This document shows positions 15,646 to 25,263 of a DNA stretch of 64,000 bases, in pieces. The translations under genes were made by a program, and so were the position numbers. How positions within the stretch are numbered: the stretch's first letter is position 1; each line of letters starts with the position of its first letter. The notes beneath the pieces were generated by a model. It worked only from the letters and a program-made list of their open reading frames with translations, had not been told where the DNA came from and searched no databases. This DNA comes from a virus: the UHGV virus genome UHGV-0293664; one strand, 5' to 3'.

Positions 15646-17022
15646 ATGCCATATTTAGATAAAGTGGTAGATGTTACAGTTAACCTCGGAACCCAGCCTA
15701 TTGACACTGTAGGTTTCGAAACCCCGCTGTTCATCGCTATCCACAACAACTTTACTGAGCGAGCTCGCGTGTATGCTGAGCTGGACCAGATGGTGGAAGA
15801 CGGTTTCGCACAAGGCTCTGCAGCGTATGAGTTTGCAGCAAAAGCTTTCGGCGGTGTATTCCCTCCACAATACGTTATAATCGGCAGACAGGCTAAAGAA
15901 AAAACCACTGTAGATTTTAAAGGTATTGCTGCCGCAGCCGATACCGATGTCGTAATGACCATTGCAAAAGGCAGCTACAATACTTCTTTGATAGTGCCTA
16001 TCTCTGGTGGAACAGCTGCAACTCAGATTGCAGAATCAATGAAGACTAAAATCGAAGCAGATGATAACTTGGACGATATCACTGTAGCGGCTGAAGACGG
16101 TGTTATCACCATCACTGGTGACTGTACTGTAGGTTATCATACTGGTAACTATACAATCAAAAATATCGCCAATGCTGAAAAACCTTCTACAGTAGTTGAT
16201 AAGATCAATGCTGAGCGTGACAATTGGTACTTCCTGTGCCATGAAGACCACACCGACATTGAAGCATGTGCTAAGTGGGCTCAGGCCAACTACAAGCTGC
16301 ATGTTTACTCTACTGCAGAAGATGTGACTGGTAAAGATAATAACATCGCCACCAAACTGATGGCTGCACAATATGACAGTGTTGGCATGTACGATCCTCG
16401 TGCTGATAAAGATTTTCCAGAGGGTGGTATCGTAGGCGCTATGGCATCCAACGATCCGTCTTACGGTGACAGCTTGCACTTAAAACAGATGCCGGGTGTG
16501 ATTGCACCATCTCTGACTTTAACTCAGCGTATGGCGATTTGGGAAAACCACGTTAACTTCTACAGAATGATTAACGGTGTTGGCGCTTTCTGGGAAGGTA
16601 AGTGTGCTTCAGGTCAGTATGCAGACGCTATTCGTTTTGCACACTGGATCAAGTTCAGATCTGAAGAATCCATGTTTGGGTACATGCATCGTCGCTCTAA
16701 TATGGGTTTAAGCATGAAGATGTCCGATGATGATCTCCCGGTTATCAAGTCTGTCCTGATGAACAACCCAATCAACACTGGCATTAAGAATGGTGCGATC
16801 CTGACAGGTTTCGACGAAGACAATAATGTATTCTACGACCCGATCATTACAGTTCCTAAACGTGCAGAAATCCCAACCAATCAGTTGGCTGCTCGTGTTC
16901 TGGAAGGTGTGAAAGTAGAGCTGGTGTATAACAACGCCCTGCACTTCGTTCGTATCCGGATCAACGTCCTTCTGGACAAAGTTGGTTCTAAATCCACCAA
17001 TGCTGTTGCAATGACTGAATAA
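15646..17022 (+). CDS. tail sheath-like protein (candidate)
   Basis: 458-aa ORF with high-expression codon bias, immediately upstream of a 157-aa tube-like gene, the chaperone pair and tape measure; order sheath-tube-chaperone-TMP is typical of contractile tails; not motif-verified. Confidence 0.4.
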   Translation: MPYLDKVVDVTVNLGTQPIDTVGFETPLFIAIHNNFTERARVYAELDQMVEDGFAQGSAAYEFAAKAFGGVFPPQYVIIGRQAKEKTTVDFKGIAAAADTDVVMTIAKGSYNTSLIVPISGGTAATQIAESMKTKIEADDNLDDITVAAEDGVITITGDCTVGYHTGNYTIKNIANAEKPSTVVDKINAERDNWYFLCHEDHTDIEACAKWAQANYKLHVYSTAEDVTGKDNNIATKLMAAQYDSVGMYDPRADKDFPEGGIVGAMASNDPSYGDSLHLKQMPGVIAPSLTLTQRMAIWENHVNFYRMINGVGAFWEGKCASGQYADAIRFAHWIKFRSEESMFGYMHRRSNMGLSMKMSDDDLPVIKSVLMNNPINTGIKNGAILTGFDEDNNVFYDPIITVPKRAEIPTNQLAARVLEGVKVELVYNNALHFVRIRINVLLDKVGSKSTNAVAMTE

Positions 17023-17032
17023 GGAAGCCTAG

Positions 17033-17506
17033 ATGGAAACTCAAATTTTAACTCCTTATGCGTATGACCCTAAAAAGGTCAAACTGTATCTGATGCAGCA
17101 GCGTGTCACTGGCTTCGCTGCTGACACCAAGATTGTTGTTTCAAGAAACGAAGACAACATTTATCCCCACGTCGGTGTGGATGGCGAAATGTCTGCAGCT
17201 CTGTCCCGTAACCAATCTGGTGTTATGACTGTATCTTTGCAGAACACTTCTGTATGGAACGCTTACCTTTCTGACTGGCAGAAACAGGCATCGATTACTG
17301 GCCTGGTATTCTTCCCGGTTCTGCTGGAAGGTAGCCAGGGCCCTGGTATTTCCACAATCGGTTGGATCCAGAAACAGCCTGACCTGACTTACGGAACCGA
17401 AGTAGGTCAACTGGACTGGGATATCGGTATTCTGGATGCATGGCTCAACCGTGATAACATCACTGGTGCTCTTACTGGCCTCGCAGGTCTTGCAGGTATT
17501 ATCTAA
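17033..17506 (+). CDS. tail tube / major tail protein (candidate)
   Basis: 157-aa ORF directly before the chaperone genes, followed by a terminator. Confidence 0.4.
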   Translation: METQILTPYAYDPKKVKLYLMQQRVTGFAADTKIVVSRNEDNIYPHVGVDGEMSAALSRNQSGVMTVSLQNTSVWNAYLSDWQKQASITGLVFFPVLLEGSQGPGISTIGWIQKQPDLTYGTEVGQLDWDIGILDAWLNRDNITGALTGLAGLAGII

Positions 17507-17523
17507 GGGCACACTTTAGCATA

Positions 17524-17555
17524 AGCCTCACCTTCGGGTGGGGCTTTTTGCTTTT
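17524..17555 (+). terminator. intrinsic terminator
   Basis: gcctcacc-ttcg-ggtggggc followed by tttttgctttt. Confidence 0.65.
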
Positions 17556-17596
17556 ATGGTTTTGACACACGTTCTTGAATTGCTTGAAAGGTTAAA

Positions 17597-17625
17597 TTGA
17601 CAATGCACAATAATCATGGTAAAAT
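17597..17625 (+). promoter_or_regulatory. sigma70-type promoter with extended -10 (TTGACA-N17-TGgTAAAAT)
   Basis: TTGACA 17597-17602; TG 17617-17618; TAAAAT 17620-17625. Confidence 0.6.
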
Positions 17626-17668
17626 ACACAAATATGGTGCACAACATGACTAATAAGGATGCTATAAA

Positions 17669-18142
17669 ATGGCTATAAACTTTAGACCTACAACAGAGAT
17701 TGATTTAGCAGGGCACAACTTTGTGATCACCCACTGGGGACCGATGAAAGCAATGAAAAACATGCCTAAAATCGGTAAGATTGTGGCTGTCCCGCTAGGT
17801 GCTATCGGCGGATCTATTATCTCAGGCGGTCAGAACATGGCAGAAGTCCTTCCTACTGCTCTGGCTTACCTGTTCCAAGAACTTGATGATAACTCTATTG
17901 AAGAGTTATTTAAAATTTTGTTCGAAGATATTACCGTAGATGGTGTGGATAAGCTTAACCCGGATGTTGTGTTTGCAGGGCATCTGCTGGAGATGATTAA
18001 GCTGGCAGGTAAGGTTCTGGAGGTTAACTACGGCTGTTTTTTCACACAAGACGGTTTAGGAAGCCTTCTGGAGATGTTACAGCAGATGGGTATGATTCAG
18101 CAGGTGAACAACCTGGATCAGACTCCGGAAGAGCAGGAATAA
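17669..18142 (+). CDS. tail assembly chaperone (gpG-like, zero-frame product)
   Basis: 157-aa ORF directly upstream of the tape measure gene; contains slippery heptamer T_TTT_TTC. Confidence 0.6.
   Translation: MAINFRPTTEIDLAGHNFVITHWGPMKAMKNMPKIGKIVAVPLGAIGGSIISGGQNMAEVLPTALAYLFQELDDNSIEELFKILFEDITVDGVDKLNPDVVFAGHLLEMIKLAGKVLEVNYGCFFTQDGLGSLLEMLQQMGMIQQVNNLDQTPEEQE
18037..18043 (+). other. -1 programmed ribosomal frameshift slippery site T_TTT_TTC
   Basis: Heptamer is in X_XXY_YYZ register with the chaperone frame (codons tgT TTT TTC = C F F); the -1 frame is open from here to 18402. Confidence 0.55.
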
Positions 18143-18402
18143 GCAAGGTTGTTGTGAGGGCCAGTGAGTGGGCAGCCAAGAACAGTTCACTCAACTGGTT
18201 CGACTTTCTTTGGTGCAGGGTGCTCAAGAATTTCAAAGGGGAAAATTTTGAATCGCTAAATCTTGCAGATATGGCGTATTTCCTGAAGCTCTGTGAGTAT
18301 CTTGATATCGAAGAATTCCTAGATACCGTCCAAAACAGGGAAATGGAGCGGGAGCAGAAGGCTGCCGCAGCTGCTGCGAAAGCTAAGCGCAGGAGAGGAT
18401 AA
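18043..18402 (+). CDS. tail assembly chaperone frameshift extension (gpGT-like; fusion product about 244 aa)
   Basis: The -1 frame has no stop between 18043 and 18400; the track ORF 18154..18402 is its tail; position matches the conserved G/GT arrangement before the tape measure. Confidence 0.5.
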   Translation, partial: HTRRFRKPSGDVTADGYDSAGEQPGSDSGRAGISKVVVRASEWAAKNSSLNWFDFLWCRVLKNFKGENFESLNLADMAYFLKLCEYLDIEEFLDTVQNREMEREQKAAAAAAKAKRRRG

Positions 18403-18456
18403 TCTAAGGGCCGGATTCCTTTTCTGGGATCTGGCCCTTTTTATTATGAGGAAACC

Positions 18457-20793
18457 ATGGCTACAAACAAAATAGTTGCCACAACAGTCAACAAGATTGG
18501 CTTTGAGATAGAGAACTCCTCCTACAAAAAAGCTGTAGAGAAAATTCGCAGTATTGGGAGGGAGTTCAGGAAACTGGGCGAAGATTTTAACTCAGCCAAC
18601 CCCATGAGCAGATGGCAGGCGGTAGCTGTTAAAACCCAGCAGACAATGCAGCGGGTTGCCAGACAGCAATCTCAGGCAAATGCTAAACTGCACAGAGAGA
18701 GCGTAGCACAGGCCAAGAAAGAGGCTGCAGTAAGGGCTGCAATAGAACGTAGGGAGAATGCGAGACGTAAACAAGCTGTAGGTAATCTTACCGCTAAAAA
18801 TCCAGAAATGGCTAGGATGCGTAAGTTCTACCAGCAGCAAGCTAAAGAGGCCAAAAAGGCTGCCAAATCTGCACCAGTGTCTTACGGTGGTTATAAGGCA
18901 CCTAAGGCAAGAGTTTTGGCTAATGCCAAATCTTTCAAATATATCCCCGGTAACCCTAATATGGGTGGTGTGGCTTCCGACCCTAACCTTGTGAAAGCTC
19001 AGACAGCCGCTATGAATCGTTATCATAGACAGCTAAGAAGAGACAGTAAAGCTGGTATGGATAATAAGCTTATGTCGGATCGTGAGGCAAGGAGAACCCA
19101 CCTCTACAACTCCGCGATAAGACTTTCTGCCAAGTATGGGGCCGGATTCCGTGGAAGCTTGCCAGGATACTCAGAGTTAGAGTCCAGGTTTGCTCGCGGG
19201 GAGATGAAGAAGTCAACCTTTAACGCCCACCTGTCAGCGCTGCAGTCTGGGTTTAAAAGCGCCACCAGCCAAACGCTTACACTAGGTGATGCCATGAGAG
19301 ACCTACGTAGATCTGTTATTAATGCAACAGCTGCGTATACGGCTTTTTCTGGATTTGCTGCGGTTAACAGATCCGGTCACATGATGGAGGGGGCAAGTGC
19401 TGCTCTTACTGCTGTTACTGGAGATCCAAACAAAGCCAACAGTGAGGTTGCGTTTGTCCAGCAAGAGGCTATGCGTCTTGGTTTTGATCTCAAATCTGGT
19501 CTTCAAGGTTACGCCCAGATGTCGGTAAACGCCAAAAACCAGATGACAAATCAGGAAGTGCATGAGCTGTTTTCTGCATACTCACAGTATGCTGCTGCTT
19601 ATGGTGCCGATGAGGTAAAATACCAGCGCGGTATTATGGCTATCCAACAGATGCTAGGCAAGGGACAAGTAATGTCCGAAGAACTGAAGCAACAACTTGC
19701 TGAAGCATTGCCCGGTGCATACGAACCTTTTATCAAGGCCACCAAAGAGGCTTTTGGTCTTTCTGAACTCTCCATGGATCAGTTCATGGACATGATGAAG
19801 AAAGGTGAGGTTAAAACAGCCAAGATCATGAAGTATGTGGCTAAGTACATGAACGAGGCATCTGCAGCTGGTTATGAAAGAATGCAGAAGTCTAACGTGC
19901 TGGCAGAAAACAGACTGAAAACCTTCATCGAACTGACTCGTCAGAAACTGTTCACCCGTTGGTCCGACGAACTAACAGAGTTCTATTATACACTAATCCG
20001 CACTGGTGAGACTCTGCAATTTGTGTGGGATGCCTCTGGTGATTTTGTTAGCGGGTTTGTGAGAGGCCTTAACTGGGTAGTTGGTGAACTAAACAACACC
20101 ATAGTCAAGATCCGCATGTTTTTCCTTGAATGGGGGATTAAATGGGGATTCATAACAGCTAAGACGAAGGAATATTCTGAAGAGCTTCATGACACCTTTA
20201 GTTATGCTAAATGGGCAGGGTTTGCTGCTGCCATTATGCTGGTAGTGAACGCCCTAACAAAAGGTTTTGTCATGGCATCCATGCTTGTAAAAACCTTTAA
20301 ATTCCTTAACTCTCTAAGGGGTGCAGCCGGAGCAGCGGGTGCCGCTACTACAGAAGGATCTGGTGGTGGTGCTCCGGCAGGAAAAGGGGGAGGTGGCCTC
20401 AAGACACCTGGTGGCAAAGTTGGTCTGCTCGGTAAGTTGGGCATTATCGGTACAATACTAAGCGCCGGGGAATTGTTTAATGACCGTTACAACCCACTAA
20501 GTGAAAGAAATCAGCAGCTGGATACCATCAGTGATATGATTCGTAAAGATATCATATCTGGAGGTAACGGGTTTGTTAATCCTTTGGACACCTTACCGGG
20601 AGGGACTCTTCCGTTACCAGGTGGTCCTGGTTTTGCTTCTCAATTAAGAACTATGGAAATGCTGCCTTTAGAGATCAGTGATGGGAAAATCACGATTTCA
20701 ATAGATGAGGGTGAGTTTAACAAAATATTTGATGCAAAACTGGAGTGGGAGAACAATAAAGATATCAACTTCATGTCTACCGACCTTTGGTAA
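18457..20793 (+). CDS. tail tape measure protein
   Basis: 778 aa; follows the chaperone pair; long helical Ala/Lys/Gln-rich stretches and Gly-rich hydrophobic segment GAAGAAGAATTEGSGGGAPAGKGGGG. Confidence 0.65.
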   Translation: MATNKIVATTVNKIGFEIENSSYKKAVEKIRSIGREFRKLGEDFNSANPMSRWQAVAVKTQQTMQRVARQQSQANAKLHRESVAQAKKEAAVRAAIERRENARRKQAVGNLTAKNPEMARMRKFYQQQAKEAKKAAKSAPVSYGGYKAPKARVLANAKSFKYIPGNPNMGGVASDPNLVKAQTAAMNRYHRQLRRDSKAGMDNKLMSDREARRTHLYNSAIRLSAKYGAGFRGSLPGYSELESRFARGEMKKSTFNAHLSALQSGFKSATSQTLTLGDAMRDLRRSVINATAAYTAFSGFAAVNRSGHMMEGASAALTAVTGDPNKANSEVAFVQQEAMRLGFDLKSGLQGYAQMSVNAKNQMTNQEVHELFSAYSQYAAAYGADEVKYQRGIMAIQQMLGKGQVMSEELKQQLAEALPGAYEPFIKATKEAFGLSELSMDQFMDMMKKGEVKTAKIMKYVAKYMNEASAAGYERMQKSNVLAENRLKTFIELTRQKLFTRWSDELTEFYYTLIRTGETLQFVWDASGDFVSGFVRGLNWVVGELNNTIVKIRMFFLEWGIKWGFITAKTKEYSEELHDTFSYAKWAGFAAAIMLVVNALTKGFVMASMLVKTFKFLNSLRGAAGAAGAATTEGSGGGAPAGKGGGGLKTPGGKVGLLGKLGIIGTILSAGELFNDRYNPLSERNQQLDTISDMIRKDIISGGNGFVNPLDTLPGGTLPLPGGPGFASQLRTMEMLPLEISDGKITISIDEGEFNKIFDAKLEWENNKDINFMSTDLW

Positions 20794-20802
20794 TAAACTG
20801 TG

Positions 20803-20828
20803 CAGGGGGCTCTGGCCCCCTTTATTCT
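20803..20828 (+). terminator. intrinsic terminator
   Basis: gggggc-tctg-gccccc followed by tttattct. Confidence 0.6.
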
Positions 20829-20835
20829 ATCAGTG

Positions 20836-20864
20836 TTGTAAAAACGGCTATTTTATGATACAAT
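20836..20864 (+). promoter_or_regulatory. sigma70-type promoter with extended -10 (TTGTAA-N17-TGaTACAAT)
   Basis: TTGTAA 20836-20841; TG 20856-20857; TACAAT 20859-20864. Confidence 0.5.
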
Positions 20865-20897
20865 ATTTAGATGGTATCGGAGTGTCCTGGAGAGGTT

Positions 20898-21782
20898 ATG
20901 CAAAGTAATATAGTTGATGAAAAAGACCTGTACAAGCCTCGAGAGGTTAAATCTCCAAAGGCTGAAAAGGCAGAGCAGCAAACCGAAAGCGATGTAAAGT
21001 ACACTATGTTTGTCAGCGGTCTTAACTATGGCGGTCGCAACATAGAGATGAAGGGTAAAAACTTTACTAACGATCTTGCCATTATCTTCGATCAGGTTGA
21101 GAACTACTCTTTCAAACATTCTGTTGATAAGACGGGGTTTGCGGTGGAAGATAAATCTACCCTGTCAGACCACGCTGTAATTAAAGATGGTGTATTTTCT
21201 TTTACTGGTAGGGTAAATACATCTCCACATATAATCTATGAGCAAAACTACATCGATAGGAATACTGACTCTAAAAACCCTGCAGCATCTATGCGACCAA
21301 GTGCTGCACTGGAGGCTTTGACTGAGATCATTAATAAGCGACAGTTGGTTTCTTTGGTTACCGAGGAGAGACTTCTTGAGAACTACATCATAACCAGTCT
21401 TTCTGCCAGCAAGTCTGTTGGTGAAGGTGCTGCAATGGTTTTTGATGTAGAACTTACGGAGTTCCGCACATTCTACTTGAACAAGGTTGTTAATGCAACT
21501 GTATACAGCAATCCCAAGAAAGTAGGCAAGACTCAACAAAAAGGTGCTGTCAACGATTGTAAGAATGGCAGTAACGTAGGTAACAAGAGAGACACAGGGG
21601 CATTTGCAGACACTGCATCCACAAATGCTGCAGAGGAGTGGCAGCCATATAAATCTATGATGTGGACAGATGAAAACGGTGTTACCCAATCGGCTGCGGA
21701 TTGGTATTATCAGGAATATGGAAGACCTTCTACCATAGTCCCATCTGAGCAGGGAAACTACGACAAAGTTAACGGGAAATAA
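20898..21782 (+). CDS. hypothetical tail/baseplate protein
   Basis: ATG at 20898 after RBS GGAGAGG; first gene after the tape measure. Confidence 0.35.
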   Translation: MQSNIVDEKDLYKPREVKSPKAEKAEQQTESDVKYTMFVSGLNYGGRNIEMKGKNFTNDLAIIFDQVENYSFKHSVDKTGFAVEDKSTLSDHAVIKDGVFSFTGRVNTSPHIIYEQNYIDRNTDSKNPAASMRPSAALEALTEIINKRQLVSLVTEERLLENYIITSLSASKSVGEGAAMVFDVELTEFRTFYLNKVVNATVYSNPKKVGKTQQKGAVNDCKNGSNVGNKRDTGAFADTASTNAAEEWQPYKSMMWTDENGVTQSAADWYYQEYGRPSTIVPSEQGNYDKVNGK

Positions 21783-21793
21783 GGGGGCGCATA

Positions 21794-22174
21794 ATGGAGC
21801 TTAAAGATTGGTGCATAATCACCTTTGTGTGGGACATTGACGGCTTTCCTGATCAAACCATGCGTGTTGTTTTAGACAATGAAACGTATGAAATGCGTAT
21901 GCAATGGAATGAGAGGGATGAGTCCTGGTGGTTATCTCTTGGTCCAGTAGGTGACAGCCCTTTAGTAACCAGAAAAGTAACAGCTTGTCAAGATATTTTA
22001 GACGGACTGCATTACAGGGATGATTTACCGAAAGGTAGACTAATGGCGCTGTCGTTTAAAGACGATCAATATTGGGGCAGGGTTGGAAGATATAACCTTG
22101 GGGCAAGATCTGAGCTACAACTTGTATACGGCACCCCGGTTGATCTTTACAAGGAACAGCAAGGGTTAGAATAA
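21794..22174 (+). CDS. hypothetical tail/baseplate protein
   Basis: 126-aa ORF with start/stop coupling to neighbours. Confidence 0.35.
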   Translation: MELKDWCIITFVWDIDGFPDQTMRVVLDNETYEMRMQWNERDESWWLSLGPVGDSPLVTRKVTACQDILDGLHYRDDLPKGRLMALSFKDDQYWGRVGRYNLGARSELQLVYGTPVDLYKEQQGLE

Positions 22175-23178
22175 TGGCAGAGTACAGACGTAGAACATGG
22201 CGATTATTGTTTGGTCGTCCGGTAGAGCATGGTGGTAAATCAAAAACCAATATCCCAAAATCTGTTGAAAAGAAAGGGGAGAGTGATTCCGGAGTTTATG
22301 AAGTTAGCTCAGACACTGGTGCTGCCAATATAGAGTTTGACATACAAAAGGACAATACCAAAGAGCCAAACAAAGGTTATGTGACAGTTTACAACCTGTC
22401 TGACGATACAGTTAACTATCTGGATATGCATCAGGCTGATGCCCTTGCAGTTATGTTTGAAGCTGGCTATGATGATGAGAACCAGTTGATATTCTCCGGA
22501 ACTGTGGAGTTTGTTGAAGACAGATGGGAAGGTCCGACCAGAAAAACTAAGTTCATCTTTGGGGATGGTACTGAGAACATCATTAAGTGCCAAAGCACAA
22601 GATCTTATCAGAAAGGCACACCTCTGAACTCTGTGCTTAATGACCTACTGAAGGATATGAACTTGCCAAAAGGTAGGGTTGTTGGTTTTGGAAACCAGAC
22701 TTTGCAATACTCTATGGCTTTCTCTGGAAACACTGCAGAGAACCTCCGCAGGTTTGCAAGGCTGACCAACTCCACATTTAGCGTTCAGGATGGAGCTTTG
22801 TATTGGACCAAGGTTGGAAAAAGGTTCAAAGACTCTGTGTTTGAAATAAGTGCAGAGTCTGGGATGCACGGATCGCCTACCCCTAAAAACCCAGAACCTG
22901 CTAAAAAACGAAAAGCTAAAGCTGCTGCCAAAGGTGGTTCGACATCTAAAAAGAAAAAGAAAAACCCGAGAGAGGATGTTGGCCTTACTGTAACCACATG
23001 CCTTAACGGAGCTATCCTCCCAGAGTCAACTATTTATCTTAAAAGCAAGCAATATACAGGATTCTATAAGGTAATCACGGTGCATCATAAGGGCACCATA
23101 GAAGGAGGTGATTACACTACAGAGCTTGGCCTTGGGGAAACAGTGGGTGGAGTTGTTGACAAAACTGAGGAGGTATAA
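22174..23178 (+). CDS. baseplate hub-like protein (candidate)
   Basis: 334-aa ORF directly upstream of the spike gene; Lys-rich patch KKRKAKAAAKGGSTSKKKKK. Confidence 0.3.
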   Translation: MAEYRRRTWRLLFGRPVEHGGKSKTNIPKSVEKKGESDSGVYEVSSDTGAANIEFDIQKDNTKEPNKGYVTVYNLSDDTVNYLDMHQADALAVMFEAGYDDENQLIFSGTVEFVEDRWEGPTRKTKFIFGDGTENIIKCQSTRSYQKGTPLNSVLNDLLKDMNLPKGRVVGFGNQTLQYSMAFSGNTAENLRRFARLTNSTFSVQDGALYWTKVGKRFKDSVFEISAESGMHGSPTPKNPEPAKKRKAKAAAKGGSTSKKKKKNPREDVGLTVTTCLNGAILPESTIYLKSKQYTGFYKVITVHHKGTIEGGDYTTELGLGETVGGVVDKTEEV

Positions 23179-23855
23179 TGGCAATAAATAGGAAAGATGC
23201 TGCTGTAAGATCCTTCATAGAAAAAATAATGAGGGACTACCACACAAGTATCAGGGCCAGAGTTGTCAGTGTAGACTACAGTATCCCTTCTGCAGCCGTG
23301 CAGCCAATAGCTGAAACCACGTTTGATGACGGAGATGTGGAGAGATACCCTCTTATCTATGACGTTCCAATTCAGGTGATGTCTGCAAACAGCGGAAAGG
23401 CAAGGCTAACACTTCCTATTAAGGCTGGGGATGTTGTAGGATTGCAGTTTTCAGAGAGAAATGAAAACAATAACGACGATCAACAAACTCACGGCCTGTT
23501 TCCAGGGTGGGCAATCACCTCTGTCCATTCAGACTCAAACGCTTTACAGATTGATCCTGACAACGTAGAGTTATGGAATGATAGGGTTTATTTTAAACTG
23601 ACACCTTCTGGCGATTTTGAGCTTCAAACACCCGGTGGGACATTACGGTGCGACAGCAGTGGGGAGTTTTCTTTCACTAACGGGGCTGCCAATTTGCGAG
23701 CTGCTGTGGATGGAAATATCAGAATGAATGGTGCCACAATAGACCCATCGGGTAGAATTATAACTGCTGCTGGTGTGGATTTGGATTCATTCTATGCAGA
23801 ATATAAAGGTCATACCCACTCTTGCCCTGATGGCGAGACAAGTGGACCGCACTAA
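23178..23855 (+). CDS. baseplate central spike protein (gpV-like)
   Basis: 225 aa; C-terminal GHTHSCPDGETSGP (HxH metal-binding apex motif of gpV-type spikes). Confidence 0.55.
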   Translation: MAINRKDAAVRSFIEKIMRDYHTSIRARVVSVDYSIPSAAVQPIAETTFDDGDVERYPLIYDVPIQVMSANSGKARLTLPIKAGDVVGLQFSERNENNNDDQQTHGLFPGWAITSVHSDSNALQIDPDNVELWNDRVYFKLTPSGDFELQTPGGTLRCDSSGEFSFTNGAANLRAAVDGNIRMNGATIDPSGRIITAAGVDLDSFYAEYKGHTHSCPDGETSGPH

Positions 23856-23867
23856 TAGAGGGCTTTC

Positions 23868-24584
23868 ATGGCTACGCTTTATAGTGATATATTGATGGAC
23901 CCACAGACAGGCGATTTGGCGATAGACAAAGGTCTTGAGTTGATAGATTCAAACCAGGTAAGTCTGCGCCAGCGCTTGTGGATGAGGTTTAATACGTGGA
24001 AGGGGAGCTGGTACTTTGACGAGTTGTTTGGCTTCCCTTATATGGACTTTCTCAGTAAGAAGGTCATGAAGACTGTTCTTGATAACAAGATTATGGAAGT
24101 GGCAAGACAAGAGCCGGATGTGCTAAACATCATAAACTTCCAGTCTACCATGGATCGAAGATCGAGAACATACCAAGCGTTCTTTGAGGTTGTTACCAAA
24201 GAGAACGAGATTGTAAGACTGGCTTTCGTAGGTCTTGATCAGTTCACCTACCCACAGCCTGATTCTGGGACAACCTCTCTCTGTGATGATGAGGGTTGGA
24301 TTAAGTGGGCCAATAAACTGTACTATCTGATCAACTTCAGATTGCCTAGAACCGGAGATGCCACATGGTGGAACCAGTATGCTGGTCCCGAGATGGAAAA
24401 CCCGATCCCTGTAGGCTCTCTGTTGACTCAGGATAAAGATCTGCTGATGACTGAGGCAGAACAAACTATTAACCGCAATACCTGGACGCTTGCTCCAGAT
24501 GAGCGCGAATACTCTGGTGTTATTGCTACCTCCAACGATGAGGCTATTGCCAACCAGTCTGGTCGTGCTATTGATGTTAACTAA
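23868..24584 (+). CDS. baseplate protein (candidate)
   Basis: 238 aa; N-terminal GDLAIDKGLELIDSNQVSLRQRLWMRFNTWKGSWYFDELFGFPY pattern as in small conserved baseplate proteins; by position. Confidence 0.35.
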   Translation: MATLYSDILMDPQTGDLAIDKGLELIDSNQVSLRQRLWMRFNTWKGSWYFDELFGFPYMDFLSKKVMKTVLDNKIMEVARQEPDVLNIINFQSTMDRRSRTYQAFFEVVTKENEIVRLAFVGLDQFTYPQPDSGTTSLCDDEGWIKWANKLYYLINFRLPRTGDATWWNQYAGPEMENPIPVGSLLTQDKDLLMTEAEQTINRNTWTLAPDEREYSGVIATSNDEAIANQSGRAIDVN

Positions 24585-24593
24585 GGAGAAATC

Positions 24594-25262
24594 ATGGCTG
24601 TAGCTTATCCTACAATACCAATTCCAGATCTTGAAGATGCAGAAACAGTCCTGAGTGATGACTTCTTGGTTGTCAACCAGACTGATGGGACAAGAAAGGC
24701 TAAGATTGACGATGTTGTCAACGATCTTAGTATTACTAAGATAGTCTATTTCACAGAGGGTGGTTATCTTAAGAGCAAGAAGGACTTTGCTTATGACCCA
24801 GAAACTAAACGCTACTATACGTGGAACGGGGATTATCCTAAAATAATCCTCCCAGACTCCACTGTAGATGGTGCTGGGGGTGTGTCTGCAAATGCCTGGT
24901 CTGTTTTTGGTGAGCTTGCTGCAACTTCTTCTGGCAGAATAGTTGATTACGGATCTATCGGTGGTCAGCTTGATATGGATCTTGAAGTTGCGGATACCTT
25001 TAAGGTTCGACTAACTTCAAATACCACAATCTCTTTTGAAAATCAAACAGAAGGTCTTGAAGGGGTGGCGAGAACTATAACCGTATGCATTACTCAGACC
25101 TCTGGCGGCAACAAAGTCTATTGGCCTGGTAATGTTAAATGGTCCTACGGAAGAGATCCTATCCTAACATTTACAGCTGGTGCAACAGATATTTTTAAGT
25201 TGGAAACCTACGACAACGGGTTAACTTGGTACGGGGCACTGATCATCGCAGGAGCTATCTAA
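24594..25262 (+). CDS. tail protein sharing an N-terminal domain with the 27897 fibre
   Basis: N-terminal region aligns by eye with the N-terminus of the 1269-aa fibre (TEGGYLKSKKDFAYDPETKRYYTWNGDYP vs KEGGKLNGPMDFAYFEEEDLYLRWKGEFP). Confidence 0.4.
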   Translation: MAVAYPTIPIPDLEDAETVLSDDFLVVNQTDGTRKAKIDDVVNDLSITKIVYFTEGGYLKSKKDFAYDPETKRYYTWNGDYPKIILPDSTVDGAGGVSANAWSVFGELAATSSGRIVDYGSIGGQLDMDLEVADTFKVRLTSNTTISFENQTEGLEGVARTITVCITQTSGGNKVYWPGNVKWSYGRDPILTFTAGATDIFKLETYDNGLTWYGALIIAGAI

Positions 25263-25263
25263 G

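Noticed and set aside
17561-17590. Upstream TTGACA at 17562-17567 as a second promoter before the chaperone gene
   Set aside because: No acceptable -10 hexamer at 16-18 bp spacing; the TTGACA at 17597 with TGgTAAAAT is the credible promoter
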